DNA of 63,337 bases, from positions 1 to 63,337 of the forward strand of contig JAZRAJ010000067.1 in assembly GCA_045634485.1 (NCBI GenBank). The letters are read 5' to 3'. The notes under the pieces are model-generated. The model saw nothing but the letters and a program-made list of their open reading frames with translations, was not told the DNA's origin and searched no databases. This DNA comes from Eubacteriales bacterium. Its GTDB lineage: Bacteria > Bacillota > Clostridia > Oscillospirales > CAG-272. Position numbers and translations under genes: made by a program. Positions 24,446-35,267 of the stretch are shown one piece after another; position 1 is the first letter of the stretch, and every line of letters begins with the position of its first letter.

Positions 24446-25786
24446 TCAAAGTATTGCTCTGCCGAAAAGGTCATAATCAAGTACCTCACGCACCTTAACC
24501 TTAACGAACGAGCCGGGAGCTATGCGGCGCTCCGCCTTAAAATACACCTTACCGTCTATCTCGGGCGCATCTGCAACGCCTCGACCAAAGTGAACGCTTG
24601 CAACGGGGTCATAGTCCTCACAAAGCACTGTTATTACCTTACCAACCATTTTCTCGTTGTTTTGCGTATTTATTTCAAGCTGCTCACGCATAATTATATC
24701 TGCCCTATCCTGCTTTATCTGCTCGTCTATCTGACCGTCAAAATCATAAGCAGGAGTGTCCTCCTCTCTTGAATAGGGGAAAACACCAAGATGCTCAAAG
24801 CGTGACTCCTTTACAAACTCGCAAAGCTCTAAGAAGTCCTTCTCGCTCTCGCCGGGGAAGCCTACGATAAATGTCGTTCTTATAACGATATCAGGAATCT
24901 CCTTGCGAAGCTTTTTAATAACGCTGCGAATCATAGCGCTATCGCCGTGGCGGTTCATCGCCGTAAGCATATTATCGCTTATGTGCTGAATAGGCATATC
25001 AATATACTTAAGAATTCTATCGTTATCTCTTATTTCAGCCACAAGCTCGTCGGTTATCTTATCGGGATAGCAGTAAAGCAATCTTATCCACGGTATCGAC
25101 GTATTATCGGTTATTGCACGCAAGAGTGCCGCAAGCTTATATGAGCCATACAAATCAAGTCCGTATCTCGTTATATCCTGCGCAACTATATTAAGCTCAC
25201 GAACGCCAAGCGCCTCAAGGTCCTTAGCCTCCTTAACTATATCCTCAATAGTACGGCTACGGAACTTACCTCTGATTGCGGGAATAGCACAGTAAGCACA
25301 ACGGTTGTCACAGCCCTCTGCTATCTTTAAATATGCGGTGTACTCGGGAGTAGTGAGAATTCTATCTCCTCCGAGGCGAACCTCCTCCTTATCCTCAAAG
25401 GAGGTATATTTACGACGCGAGCCCTTTTTCTTTTTAACGGTAACCGCCTCGATAGCCTCAACTATATTATGTATACTACCAACGCCAAGAACCGCATCGA
25501 CCTCGGGCATTTCCTCTAAAATGCTCTCTCGGTATCTCTCGGCAAGGCAACCCGTTACGATTATCGCCTTAAGGCTTCTGTTCTTTTTAAGCCATGCGAT
25601 ATCAAGTATATTTTCAATAGATTCCTTTTTTGCGCTCTCGATAAATCCACAGGTGTTGATTATAACAACGTCTGCCTCGGTTTCGTCGGGTGTTATCTCA
25701 TATCCCGCCGTTGCAACCTCGTGAAGCATTACCTCTGTATCAAGCTGATTTTTAGGACATCCAAGCGAAACAAATCCTACCTTCAC
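24446..25786 (-). CDS. rimO: Ribosomal protein S12 methylthiotransferase
   Basis: SLGCPKN, NTCGFI, radical SAM CDNRCAYC, APEIDG TRAM domain. Confidence 0.97.
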   Translation of the reverse strand: MKVGFVSLGCPKNQLDTEVMLHEVATAGYEITPDETEADVVIINTCGFIESAKKESIENILDIAWLKKNRSLKAIIVTGCLAERYRESILEEMPEVDAVLGVGSIHNIVEAIEAVTVKKKKGSRRKYTSFEDKEEVRLGGDRILTTPEYTAYLKIAEGCDNRCAYCAIPAIRGKFRSRTIEDIVKEAKDLEALGVRELNIVAQDITRYGLDLYGSYKLAALLRAITDNTSIPWIRLLYCYPDKITDELVAEIRDNDRILKYIDMPIQHISDNMLTAMNRHGDSAMIRSVIKKLRKEIPDIVIRTTFIVGFPGESEKDFLELCEFVKESRFEHLGVFPYSREEDTPAYDFDGQIDEQIKQDRADIIMREQLEINTQNNEKMVGKVITVLCEDYDPVASVHFGRGVADAPEIDGKVYFKAERRIAPGSFVKVKVREVLDYDLFGRAIL

Positions 25787-25834
25787 ATTTTTATTCCTTT
25801 CGTTACTTATATATTTCCAAATAATCTATTTAAT

Positions 25835-26497
25835 TCACGTTAAATTGCGAAAATACTGCAAAAGCTCGTCGCGTGTGTCAAAAAGCGCATCGGGCTCTGA
25901 TGCCTCAAGCACCGCCCTGTCACGGAAGCCCCAAGAAACCGCAAGAGTTATCATTCCCGCATTTTTACCCGTAAGCACGTCAACCTCGCTATCGCCTATA
26001 AAATAGACCTCGCTCGGCTTTGCCTCGAATTTTTCGGCTATCATAAGCGGTACTGTAGGGTCGGGCTTTTTAGGAAGCTCGGTCTGCCCCATGCTAAGGC
26101 TTATAATGCCATCGGGAAAGATGTTTTTAACTATCATCTTAACAAGCTTATCGGGCTTATTGGAAAGCACCGCAAGAATATATCCCTTAGCGTAAAGCTC
26201 TCGCATAGCCTCTGCCATTCCGCTATATGCGCAATTAACCTTAGCCTGCGTTTGCTCGTAGCAAATAGCAAAGTACTCCTTTATTTTAAGGCTCTGCGCC
26301 TCGTCTGCCATCTCACTTTCAGGCATAGTTAGCTGCAAAAGCACTCCAACTCCGTTTCCAACTGCGGCTCTTACCTCCGACTCGCTCCTCTCGGGATAAC
26401 CGAAATGCCGTGCGCAAAGATTTATAGCCTCGGCAATTGACGGCAAAGTATCTGCAATAGTTCCGTCAAGATCAAATATTAAAAGTCCTTTTTTCAT
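25835..26497 (-). CDS. HAD-superfamily phosphatase (phosphoglycolate phosphatase-like)
   Basis: FDLDGT, LSNK, KKPDP, IGDSEVD. Confidence 0.9.
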   Translation of the reverse strand: MKKGLLIFDLDGTIADTLPSIAEAINLCARHFGYPERSESEVRAAVGNGVGVLLQLTMPESEMADEAQSLKIKEYFAICYEQTQAKVNCAYSGMAEAMRELYAKGYILAVLSNKPDKLVKMIVKNIFPDGIISLSMGQTELPKKPDPTVPLMIAEKFEAKPSEVYFIGDSEVDVLTGKNAGMITLAVSWGFRDRAVLEASEPDALFDTRDELLQYFRNLT

Positions 26498-26593
26498 CTT
26501 CTTTTCTCTTTACTTTTAATTTTTCACAATTATAATAATTATATCATATTTTATATATTATGTCAATTATTTTGCTTTAAAATATAAATTATG

Positions 26594-26847
26594 CGGGGAA
26601 AACTTTCTTGAAAGAAAGCTTTTCCCCGCTCCCCTTTCAAAGAACTTTGAAAAGGAGTTTTATTTTTTATTAACGTTAGTTCGCTCGACGATTGCGTGTG
26701 CTATGTTCGCACTGCACCAAAGTAGGAAGTTTTTAGTCAAGTTTTTTTCAAAAAACTTGCGGGTTTGGGCAGAGCCCATAAAAAACGGCGTTTCTTTTTG
26801 CCAAGCTTTTTCTTTGCGCCTCTCGTGCCAAAGAAAAAGCGGTATTG
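26594..26847 (+). repeat. Dispersed ~260 bp palindromic repeat, copy 1
   Basis: Core aagtttttagtcaagtttttttcaaaaaacttgcgggtttgggcagagcccat...gccaaagaaaaagcgg shared with copies at 28.9, 52.8 and 58.4 kb. Confidence 0.9.
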
Positions 26848-27075
26848 AGGATTATATACCTTTATTCAGACAAACGCAGTTTACTTATAACAAATCAATC
26901 AAATTAAGATTAACGCCCCCATTTTAACAGAAAAATGCACAATATTGTAAATTTGCACAACAACCCTCCTCAACTATTTTAAAAAATCGTCATTTGCCCT
27001 CTTTTTTTTATTGCAAAAATATGGTATAATATTAAACTGTAATATTATGACGAAAAACGTTAAAGGAGAAAATTT

Positions 27076-28914
27076 ATGACCCGCAACGATTTAAGAAATA
27101 TCGCTATTATCGCTCACGTTGACCACGGAAAGACCACTCTCGTCGACGAAATGCTAAAGCAAGGCGGAATTTACCGTGAAAATCAGGAAACAGTTACCAG
27201 AGTTATGGACTCGGGCGACCTTGAAAAGGAGCGTGGAATTACAATTCTTGCAAAAAACACCGCCGTTCACTACAAGGATACCAAGATAAATATTATCGAC
27301 ACCCCCGGTCACGCAGACTTCGGTGGCGAGGTTGAGAGAATACTTAAAATGGTTAACGGTGTTATCTTGCTCGTTGACGCAGCCGAGGGACCTATGCCTC
27401 AGACACGCTTCGTTCTTCAGCGTGCGCTTGAGCTTAACCACAGAGTTATTATAGTTTTCAATAAAATAGACAAGCCCGATGCGAGAATAGGAGAAATCGA
27501 GGACGAGATTTTAGAGCTTCTTATCGACCTTGACGCATCCGACGAGCAGCTTGACAGTCCTATGCTCTACTGCTCGGGCAGAGCGGGAAGCGCAACCGAG
27601 GACCCCAACGTTCCCGGAACCGACCTCGTTCCCCTCTTTGAAAAGATTCTTGACTACATCCCCGCTCCCGAGGGAGATGACGAGGGCGAGCTTCAGCTTC
27701 TCGTTTCCTCAATCGACTATAACGATTACGTTGGTAGAATAGGTATTGGACGAATCGAGCGTGGCTCTATCCGTGTAAATCAAGACGCATATCTTTGCAA
27801 CTATCACAATGATGCACCGCCCAAGCGCATTAAGATAGTAGCTCTCTTCCAAATAGACGGTCTTGTTCGTGTTCCCGTTGAGAGAGCAACAATGGGCGAC
27901 ATCGTATGCTTCTCGGGCGCCGAGAGCATTACCATTGGCGACACCGTTACAAGCCTTGCTTGTCCCGAGCCTCTTGAATTTGTTAAGGTTAGCGAGCCTA
28001 CGCTTGAAATGACCTTTGCGGTAAACAACAGTCCCTTTGCGGGTAAGGAGGGTAAATTCGTAACCTCCCGTCAGCTTCGTGACAGACTTTACAAGGAGCT
28101 TCTTAAGGACGTATCTCTCCGTGTTGAGGACGGCGAAACCACCGAGGAGTTTAAGGTTGCGGGCAGAGGAGAAATGCACCTTTCAATTCTTATTGAAACT
28201 ATGCGCCGTGAGGGCTACGAGATGACCTGCTCTAACCCCCGAGTTCTCTTTAAGGAGATTGACGGCGTAAAGTGCGAGCCTATGGAGCGTGTAACTCTTG
28301 ACGTTCCCTCCGAGTACGTTGGTGCGGTTGTTGAAAAGCTTGGTCAACGCAAGGGCGACCTTCTTGAAATGAACCCCGTTGGTAACCGTATGAGAATAGA
28401 ATACTCTATCCCCTCCCGTTGCCTTTTCGGCTATCGCTCGGAGTTTTTAACCGCTACTCGCGGCGAGGGCATTATGAACTCTCTCTTTGACGGCTATCAG
28501 CCCTATCGCGGAGAGGTTATAATGAGATTTACAGGCTCTCTCGTTGCATCCGAAACCGGCGAAACCACAAGATACGGTATCTTTAATACTCAGGAGAGAG
28601 GCTCTATGTTCGTAGGACCGCAAACTCCCGTATACGAGGGAATGATAGTTGGCGAGAACCCCAAAAACGATGATATTGCCGTTAACCCCTGCAAGAAAAA
28701 GCAGCTTACCGCAATTCGTTCCGCAGGTGCCGACGAAAAGCTTCTTCTCACTCCTCCCGTTATCTTCTCTCTTGAGGAGGCTATTGAGTTTATAACCGAT
28801 GATGAGCTTATCGAGGTAACTCCTAAGTCTATTCGTCTTAGAAAGAAGATTCTCAACACAGAGGAAAGAATGAAGGCTGTTATGAAAAAGCGCCGCGCTA
28901 TGGAGAATAAGTAA
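27076..28914 (+). CDS. typA: Translational GTPase TypA/BipA
   Basis: NIAIIAHVDHGKTT, ERGITILAK, DTPGHADFGGEVER, GRGEMHLSIL. Confidence 0.98.
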   Translation: MTRNDLRNIAIIAHVDHGKTTLVDEMLKQGGIYRENQETVTRVMDSGDLEKERGITILAKNTAVHYKDTKINIIDTPGHADFGGEVERILKMVNGVILLVDAAEGPMPQTRFVLQRALELNHRVIIVFNKIDKPDARIGEIEDEILELLIDLDASDEQLDSPMLYCSGRAGSATEDPNVPGTDLVPLFEKILDYIPAPEGDDEGELQLLVSSIDYNDYVGRIGIGRIERGSIRVNQDAYLCNYHNDAPPKRIKIVALFQIDGLVRVPVERATMGDIVCFSGAESITIGDTVTSLACPEPLEFVKVSEPTLEMTFAVNNSPFAGKEGKFVTSRQLRDRLYKELLKDVSLRVEDGETTEEFKVAGRGEMHLSILIETMRREGYEMTCSNPRVLFKEIDGVKCEPMERVTLDVPSEYVGAVVEKLGQRKGDLLEMNPVGNRMRIEYSIPSRCLFGYRSEFLTATRGEGIMNSLFDGYQPYRGEVIMRFTGSLVASETGETTRYGIFNTQERGSMFVGPQTPVYEGMIVGENPKNDDIAVNPCKKKQLTAIRSAGADEKLLLTPPVIFSLEEAIEFITDDELIEVTPKSIRLRKKILNTEERMKAVMKKRRAMENK

Positions 28915-28936
28915 GTTAATTAAATAGTGTTTTTCG

Positions 28937-29356
28937 TGGGGGAAAGAAAACTTCTTGAAAGAAGCTTTTCTTTCCCCCATACCCCCTATCTTTCAAGAAC
29001 CTTGAAAAATAGGGTTTTATTTTTTGCATTGTAAATGCGCTCGGCGGTTGAGAATGATGTGTTTGCACCGCACCCGAGTTGGAAGTTTTTAGTCAAGTTT
29101 TTTTCAAAAAACTTGCGGGTTTGGGCAGAGCCCATAAAACGGCGTTTTCTTTTTGCCAAGCTTTTTCTTTGCGCCTCTCGTGCCAAAGAAAAAGCGGAAT
29201 TGTGGATTTTATGTTTTTTAGGCGGGGAAGAAAACTTTTTTAAAAAAAAGCTTTTCTTCCCCGAAACCCCATCTTTCAAAAACTTTGAAACTGGGGGCTT
29301 ATTTTTGCCATAATGCCTGCGCTCAACGGTTGAACGCACAATGTTCGCACCAAGCC
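28937..29356 (+). repeat. Dispersed repeat copy 2 (28937-29202) plus tandem 5'-half copy (29221-29356)
   Basis: Same hairpin modules and core as copy 1. Confidence 0.88.
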
Positions 29357-29513
29357 TTCCTTGCAAAAAACAAAACTGCTTATTTTTGTCATATTGTCTA
29401 ATTTTATTTCTTATAATTGTTAAAAAATAACATTGAAATAATATCCAAAAAATGCTATAATTACTGTATAGATAACCTATTAATACAATTCTGTTAAGCA
29501 GAAGGAGTTCACT

Positions 29514-31718
29514 ATGAAAGCCCTAAAAAAATCAGCAATATTACTACTTACCCTATCTATACTCCTCGGCTCAGTTGCGTGCGGAAAAAAGCTTGATGAT
29601 TCGTATTCCTCCGACTCGGGCGACGAATATTATTCCGACCTTAGCTCAAGCGACGGAAACGGTAATCAGCTTAACGATTCATCAAAGGAAACCATTGAGC
29701 ATATCGAGGGCTCGGGCATAGCATCAAAAACCGACTTCACTCGCTACACGATAATTGCAACGAAAAGCAACGCTCGTGCGCTTGATGCGGCAAACGGTCT
29801 TAGCGATAAGCTTGCCGACAAGGGCTTTTCCTTAGAGGTCAACAAGCGTTCGGTATATGAAATAATCATTGGAAACAACACGGCAAGTGAAACGAGAGAG
29901 GCAATAGATCAGCTCTCAAAATCCGACAAGGATTATCTTATTAAATTCTCGGGAACTAAAATCGTAATCGTTGCCAAAAACGATCTCGTTTTACCCGAGG
30001 CGTGCGATATGTTTTACGAAACCTATATCAAGGATATCAAAAACAAAACCCTTGAGGTTAAGGACGGCACTGCCACTCTCGGTATATCAAAGAACCTTAC
30101 CACGCTTGCCTACGACGGAGCCCTCCAATACGAAATAGTGCTTGGCAACGTTTCATCCGAGGTAAAGACAAGGGCTGCTGAGCTTGCTTCGTTTATAAAA
30201 ACGATGTGCGGTGTTACCTCGGTTAACTCAAGCGCTAAATACGATAAATCCAAAAAGCAGATACTTATAGGCCCTGCGGGCTTTAGCGAAACCTCCTCGG
30301 CAATAAGAAGTCTTGCAGACGATAAGGGCATTATTACCAAGATAGATAACAAAATAATAGTTGCGGGCAAGGACGATGCAACCACTATTGCGGCAATCGA
30401 CTCCTTTACAAGTCTTATAGAAAAGGCTAAGGGCAACAACTCAAAAAAGGGTAGCTATGCGATATCGATTACGAAATCGCTAATAGACACCTATTGCGCA
30501 AGCCTTGATTCTATTCCGAAATTCTCGGGCGCAACCTACTCGGCAACCTACCCCTCGGGCGACGGAATAAAGCAGCTTTACTATACCTCCGCAGATTCAA
30601 GCAAGATAAACGCATACGTTACTCAGCTTGCAAATCTCGGCTACAAAAAGGTTGAGGATAATTCGGTTAACGGCAACCGCTTCGTTACCTGCTACGGTAA
30701 AAACGGAATAGTTCATATCTCGTATCTAAATCACAATAAATCCCTGTCGGTAATTCTCGACTCTCTAAAAAATTCGGTTTACAAGGAATCGGAGCCCACC
30801 TACACCAAGGTAACTAATTCCTCGCTTGCCGTTATGTCGCTTGATTACGTATTAAACGATGAAACGCACAGAAGCGGAATGTCCTATATAATCACGCTTG
30901 AGGACGGAAGATATATTATTATCGACGGTGGATACAGAGATACGAACACAGGCTCAAGCGATGCATATATTATTTACAATTATATGAAAGACCACAATAA
31001 GCGTGCAGATAAAAAAATCATCATAGCCGCTTGGATATTCACGCACGACCACTCAGACCACCACGGTGCATTCTCGGAATTTGCAGGCAACTACTCCTCC
31101 AAGGCGGAAATACAGTATTATATTATGAACTGCGGAGATAAATCCAATTTCACACAAAAGCCAAGCGGTTGGCTTAACGGTGGACTTATCGACCTTATGA
31201 AGTCAAAATTTCCCTCGGCAAAGCTTATAATTCCGCATACGGGACAAAAGCTTACATTCTGTAATACTACCTTTGATATTCTTTCTACTCAAGAAAGCCA
31301 CACACCCAACAAAATGGAATGGGTTAACGATGCGTCAATAATTTTCAGTATGACATCAAATGGCGTAAGAACTCTCTTCCTTGCAGATGCCGAGGCTCAA
31401 ACCACAAAGCTTATTAACAATATGTACGGAAGCACTATAAAGAGTGACATTTTGCAGATAGCGCACCACGGATACAGTGGCGGCTCGGTTGACCTCTACA
31501 AAAAGGTTGATCCGCAGTGGACGATTTGGCCCACCTCTCAATCTGCATTTAACGAGCGAAAGGTTGGCTCGGGTAACGGCAATGCCCAGGCTCAAAATAA
31601 ATGGGCTGCTCAAAACTCAACCTGCTACGTTGCCGACGGTAAAATTGAGATACTTACCTTCATTGGCGGAAGCTCAAAGATATCCGTGTCTACCTATACG
31701 GCAAATTATAATAAATAA
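29514..31718 (+). CDS. Lipoprotein with ComEC/Pce-like MBL-fold hydrolase domain (paralog 1; duplicated N-terminal module)
   Basis: Lipobox SVAC; IIDGG, THDHSDH, NDAS, LFLAD, DILQIAHHG. Confidence 0.88.
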   Translation: MKALKKSAILLLTLSILLGSVACGKKLDDSYSSDSGDEYYSDLSSSDGNGNQLNDSSKETIEHIEGSGIASKTDFTRYTIIATKSNARALDAANGLSDKLADKGFSLEVNKRSVYEIIIGNNTASETREAIDQLSKSDKDYLIKFSGTKIVIVAKNDLVLPEACDMFYETYIKDIKNKTLEVKDGTATLGISKNLTTLAYDGALQYEIVLGNVSSEVKTRAAELASFIKTMCGVTSVNSSAKYDKSKKQILIGPAGFSETSSAIRSLADDKGIITKIDNKIIVAGKDDATTIAAIDSFTSLIEKAKGNNSKKGSYAISITKSLIDTYCASLDSIPKFSGATYSATYPSGDGIKQLYYTSADSSKINAYVTQLANLGYKKVEDNSVNGNRFVTCYGKNGIVHISYLNHNKSLSVILDSLKNSVYKESEPTYTKVTNSSLAVMSLDYVLNDETHRSGMSYIITLEDGRYIIIDGGYRDTNTGSSDAYIIYNYMKDHNKRADKKIIIAAWIFTHDHSDHHGAFSEFAGNYSSKAEIQYYIMNCGDKSNFTQKPSGWLNGGLIDLMKSKFPSAKLIIPHTGQKLTFCNTTFDILSTQESHTPNKMEWVNDASIIFSMTSNGVRTLFLADAEAQTTKLINNMYGSTIKSDILQIAHHGYSGGSVDLYKKVDPQWTIWPTSQSAFNERKVGSGNGNAQAQNKWAAQNSTCYVADGKIEILTFIGGSSKISVSTYTANYNK

Positions 31719-31721
31719 AAC

Positions 31722-31762
31722 ATCCCGCTTTATTATCAAAACGCAAGATAATAAAGCGGGAT
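31722..31762. terminator. Bidirectional intrinsic terminator
   Basis: atcccgctttattatc ... gataataaagcgggat between convergent genes. Confidence 0.8.
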
Positions 31763-31782
31763 TTTCATATTATTTCCAATGC

Positions 31783-32271
31783 CTATTTTTTCTCAAATCC
31801 GTGTATAAATCCGCCTACGTTTGCAGAGCATACGTCACCGCCTATAACTTTATTTCTATAGACGATAATATTAGCATACACCTTTCCACTTTCCCCACCG
31901 TAATTAGTTATTTCATATGTATAACGCATAACGCTCTTACCCTTATATTTTGAAAGATCAAGCCCTTGGCGCTTTTGAATTTCGTTATATCCAACAAAAA
32001 TCTTATCAAATTTTTCGGGAATAGTTACCTCAACCTCCTCAACGGGATTTTCCTTAACGCTCCATCCAAACTGACTGAGAAAGGCAATTCTATCATCGTT
32101 AGTTTTTATTTTTGAATAATTGATATCAGCCTCACTACCCGTGGTTATGTACTTAAAATCTCCGCCGTCGTAGCTTGGTATAAAGGTTATCATCATAACG
32201 AGAGCCGTAAGAGCCACGCAGACCACCGCAAAGAATTTAAGCGTACTTGCCTTTAGTGAATATACAAACAT
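31783..32271 (-). CDS. DUF4830-like membrane-anchored protein
   Basis: FLSQFGW...IPEKFD...YNEIQKRQGLDLSKYKGK...YTYEITNY...IGGDV; ATG at 32271 after GGAGG. Confidence 0.75.
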   Translation of the reverse strand: MFVYSLKASTLKFFAVVCVALTALVMMITFIPSYDGGDFKYITTGSEADINYSKIKTNDDRIAFLSQFGWSVKENPVEEVEVTIPEKFDKIFVGYNEIQKRQGLDLSKYKGKSVMRYTYEITNYGGESGKVYANIIVYRNKVIGGDVCSANVGGFIHGFEKK

Positions 32272-32391
32272 AGCTTCCTCCAAAATTATTTTTTTAAAAA
32301 TTCTATTACATTTATATTCCCAAAGCCCCTTTTTATGAGCAATTATTATATAAATATAATAAAATATGATAAAAACTCAATAAAAAGAGAA

Positions 32392-32439
32392 AAAACATAT
32401 TGAAAACATATTGAAAAATCAATGTCAAAGTGTTATAAT
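32392..32439 (+). promoter_or_regulatory. sigma-A promoter of the catabolic operon with an 11-bp tandem repeat overlapping -35
   Basis: TTGAAA(32411)-N17-TATAAT(32434) with TG extension; AAAACATATTG x2 at 32392-32413. Confidence 0.65.
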
Positions 32440-32523
32440 GTATTATGTATAAGGAAAAGTTTGACCTTTTAAAAATCAAAAAATAATTAAAACAAAATAC
32501 ACAAAAAAGAAAGGTATTTTTTT

Positions 32524-33672
32524 ATGAGTAACGAAAAGAAGACAGTTCGCTTTGCCGTTATCGGTTGCGGACTTATGGGAAAAGAATTTGCCTGCGCCGT
32601 TGCGCGTTGGTGTCAGCTTAACGCCGATATGCCTAAGCCTATTATAGTTGGCGTTTGCGACCTAAGCGAGGACGCTCGTCGCTATTTTACAGACAACTTT
32701 GACACTGTAAAGTATAGCACCAACGATTACCACGAGCTTCTTGCGGCAGACGATATCGATGCGGTTTATTGCGCAGTTCCTCACAATCTTCATAAGAAAT
32801 TTTACATCGACATAATCAATGCAGGAAAGCATCTTCTTGCAGAGAAGCCCTTTGGTATAGACAAGGCAGACAACGATGCTATTATGGAGGCAATCAAAAA
32901 TCATCCCGAGGTAACGGTTCGTTGCTCAAGCGAATTTCCCTTCTTCCCCGGCGCACAGGAGATGGTACGCTGGATACAGTCGGGCGCATCGGGTAAGATA
33001 ATTGAAATTCGCTCTAACTTCCACCATTCAAGCGATATGGACACAACAAAGCCCATCAACTGGAAGCGTATGATTAATATAAACGGCGAATACGGATGCA
33101 TGGGCGACCTTGGTCTTCACGCAGAGCATATTCCCTTCCGTATGGGTTGGATTCCCGAGAGCGTTTCGGCATATCTTTCCGACATAGTTAAGGAGCGTCC
33201 CGACGGCAAGGGCGGAGTTGTTCCCTGCCTTACTTGGGATAACGCGCACCTCGTTTGCAACGTAAAGCAGGACGATGGCGAGTTCCCCATGATAATCGAA
33301 ATGAAGCGTATCTGCCCCGGCGCTACTAACTCTTGGAATATAGAGATAGACGGTCTTAAGCAGTCTGCACGCTTCTCCACCGACGATCCCAACGCATTCT
33401 ACTACACCGAGCCTCGCGGACGTGAGCAGGCGTGGTGCAGAGTTGACATTGGCTCTAAGCCTATGATACCCACTATTACGGGAAGCATATTTGAATTTGG
33501 ATTTTCCGATTCTATCCTTCAGATGTGGGCAACCTTCGTATGCGAGGTAGCGGGCATTCCCGTACCCTTCGGTTGCTTGCGCCCTGAGGAAACCGCACTT
33601 TCCCACAAGCTTCAAACTGCGGCTCTCATTTCCCACAAGGAACGCCGCGCAGTATCACTCTCGGAGGTTTAA
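32524..33672 (+). CDS. Gfo/Idh/MocA family NAD(P)-dependent oxidoreductase
   Basis: VIGCGLMG, AVPHNLH, HLLAEKP, GCMGDLGLH. Confidence 0.92.
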   Translation: MSNEKKTVRFAVIGCGLMGKEFACAVARWCQLNADMPKPIIVGVCDLSEDARRYFTDNFDTVKYSTNDYHELLAADDIDAVYCAVPHNLHKKFYIDIINAGKHLLAEKPFGIDKADNDAIMEAIKNHPEVTVRCSSEFPFFPGAQEMVRWIQSGASGKIIEIRSNFHHSSDMDTTKPINWKRMININGEYGCMGDLGLHAEHIPFRMGWIPESVSAYLSDIVKERPDGKGGVVPCLTWDNAHLVCNVKQDDGEFPMIIEMKRICPGATNSWNIEIDGLKQSARFSTDDPNAFYYTEPRGREQAWCRVDIGSKPMIPTITGSIFEFGFSDSILQMWATFVCEVAGIPVPFGCLRPEETALSHKLQTAALISHKERRAVSLSEV

Positions 33673-33678
33673 TTTATA

Positions 33679-35220
33679 ATGTTTAAAAACGTAAAGCAAT
33701 CATTAACGTCACTTTTAGGCGCTTCATATATGGAGGGCGTTGCCAGAGCAAACGATTTCTTTGGCAAAATGTCCTATGATGAGGCTATGGCTATCGCTAA
33801 CGAGGAGGTAAGCTTTTACGATGAGGCGGCTCAGGCTAAAAACGATGCGCTCCTCTCTAAGGTAGGCACTCAGGTTATCGAGCCTATGACTCCCGACAAC
33901 AACGACGGTGCGCCCACCGACGCATTTAGAAAGGCAGAAAACAAGGACGCATCCCCTCTCGGCGGCTACGGCTGCTTCCGCCTTGGCGAGGACGGCAAGC
34001 TCTACCTTATCGGTAAGAGTGAGCATTATCACGCGTCCCTCGGTCACGCATTCGCAGGCTATAAGCTCATAGACAATGCTCGCAAGCTTGGCGTGCTTAA
34101 CGCGACCCACAACAATACAAGAGGCTACATAACCCGCTTGCACGAGAGAAGAATCGTTGCGGCGGCAAACGGCGTTGACGATAGTGACGAGACGGCACTT
34201 GATGCGGTTATCGCATCCAAGGAAAAGGGTGTGCTTAACAGAACAATCAATCTTGAAACAGGCTCGCTTGCAGTTGAGGCAGGCGTTAAGATGATGCTTT
34301 CAAGATTCTATCATCTCTCCCCCGAGCTTCCCACGCCGAAGTATGCGGGCAAAACTCCTGTATTCTTCATTATGGCAGACGTTGCCGACGGAATTACGGG
34401 TAACTACCACGGAACCACGGTTCTTACTCAGACCTTTAGAGGTCTTTGGGAGGACTTCCGCGAGAAAGCCGAGGACGGTGGACTTTGGAAGGTTGTTTCG
34501 GTTCGCCCCAACGACGTAGAGGATTTCAAGGCAAAGCTTGAAAAATACAACAGTGGCAACTACAAAACCGCAGGCTTTATGCACGAGATTATTATGATGA
34601 ACTACGGCGCAACCAAGCTTGAGCCCGAGTATCTCAAAGCGGTATACGATCTTTGCCACGCTTGCGATACCCCCACTCTCTGTGACGAAATTCAAACGGG
34701 TATGTGGTACGATACGATATTCCTCTTCCGTAAGTACGGACTTAACCCCGACTTTGCGGTTATCGGTAAGGGCTTCCCCGGTGGCGAATATCCCGCAAGC
34801 CGTATTATAACCACCGCCGAGTACGATACTCTTAATCAGTTCGGCGCACTCGTTACAAACGGTCAGGAGGAGCTTGCATCGCTTGCATACCTCATCACCC
34901 TTAAATACGTTCAAGAGGCAGGCGACGAGCTTGACAGAGTTTCGAATATTTTTGAAAACGGATTCGTTGAGCTTTGCAAGAAGTATCCCGAAAAGCTTGT
35001 TAAGGCAAGCGGACTCGGCTACAACATCGCCCTCCACTTCCACAGCGTTGAGGCGGCTGCGGCGTTTACCCACGAGCTTCACGATGCGTGCATCGATGCC
35101 TCCGCTCAGCTTTACAAGGCAAACTGTGTGCCCGGCGTGCTCTTTAAGCCTCCGGTTATAACCACAGAGGCAACCGCAAGATATATTCTTACTGCTCTTG
35201 ACGAAATCTTAGCAAAGTAA
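33679..35220 (+). CDS. Class III PLP-dependent aminotransferase (atypical, 513 aa)
   Basis: TGSLAVEAGVK, NYHG, CDEIQTG, PDFAVIGKG (PLP Lys). Confidence 0.85.
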   Translation: MFKNVKQSLTSLLGASYMEGVARANDFFGKMSYDEAMAIANEEVSFYDEAAQAKNDALLSKVGTQVIEPMTPDNNDGAPTDAFRKAENKDASPLGGYGCFRLGEDGKLYLIGKSEHYHASLGHAFAGYKLIDNARKLGVLNATHNNTRGYITRLHERRIVAAANGVDDSDETALDAVIASKEKGVLNRTINLETGSLAVEAGVKMMLSRFYHLSPELPTPKYAGKTPVFFIMADVADGITGNYHGTTVLTQTFRGLWEDFREKAEDGGLWKVVSVRPNDVEDFKAKLEKYNSGNYKTAGFMHEIIMMNYGATKLEPEYLKAVYDLCHACDTPTLCDEIQTGMWYDTIFLFRKYGLNPDFAVIGKGFPGGEYPASRIITTAEYDTLNQFGALVTNGQEELASLAYLITLKYVQEAGDELDRVSNIFENGFVELCKKYPEKLVKASGLGYNIALHFHSVEAAAAFTHELHDACIDASAQLYKANCVPGVLFKPPVITTEATARYILTALDEILAK

Positions 35221-35267
35221 TTTTTATATACTGTAATCGTAATAAATTATAATAAAAGGAAAAGATT

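Noticed and set aside
26933..26961. TGCACAA words upstream of typA as part of the MBL promoter motif set
   Set aside because: Spacing to the -10 box (73 and about 91 nt) differs from the fixed 63-64 nt.
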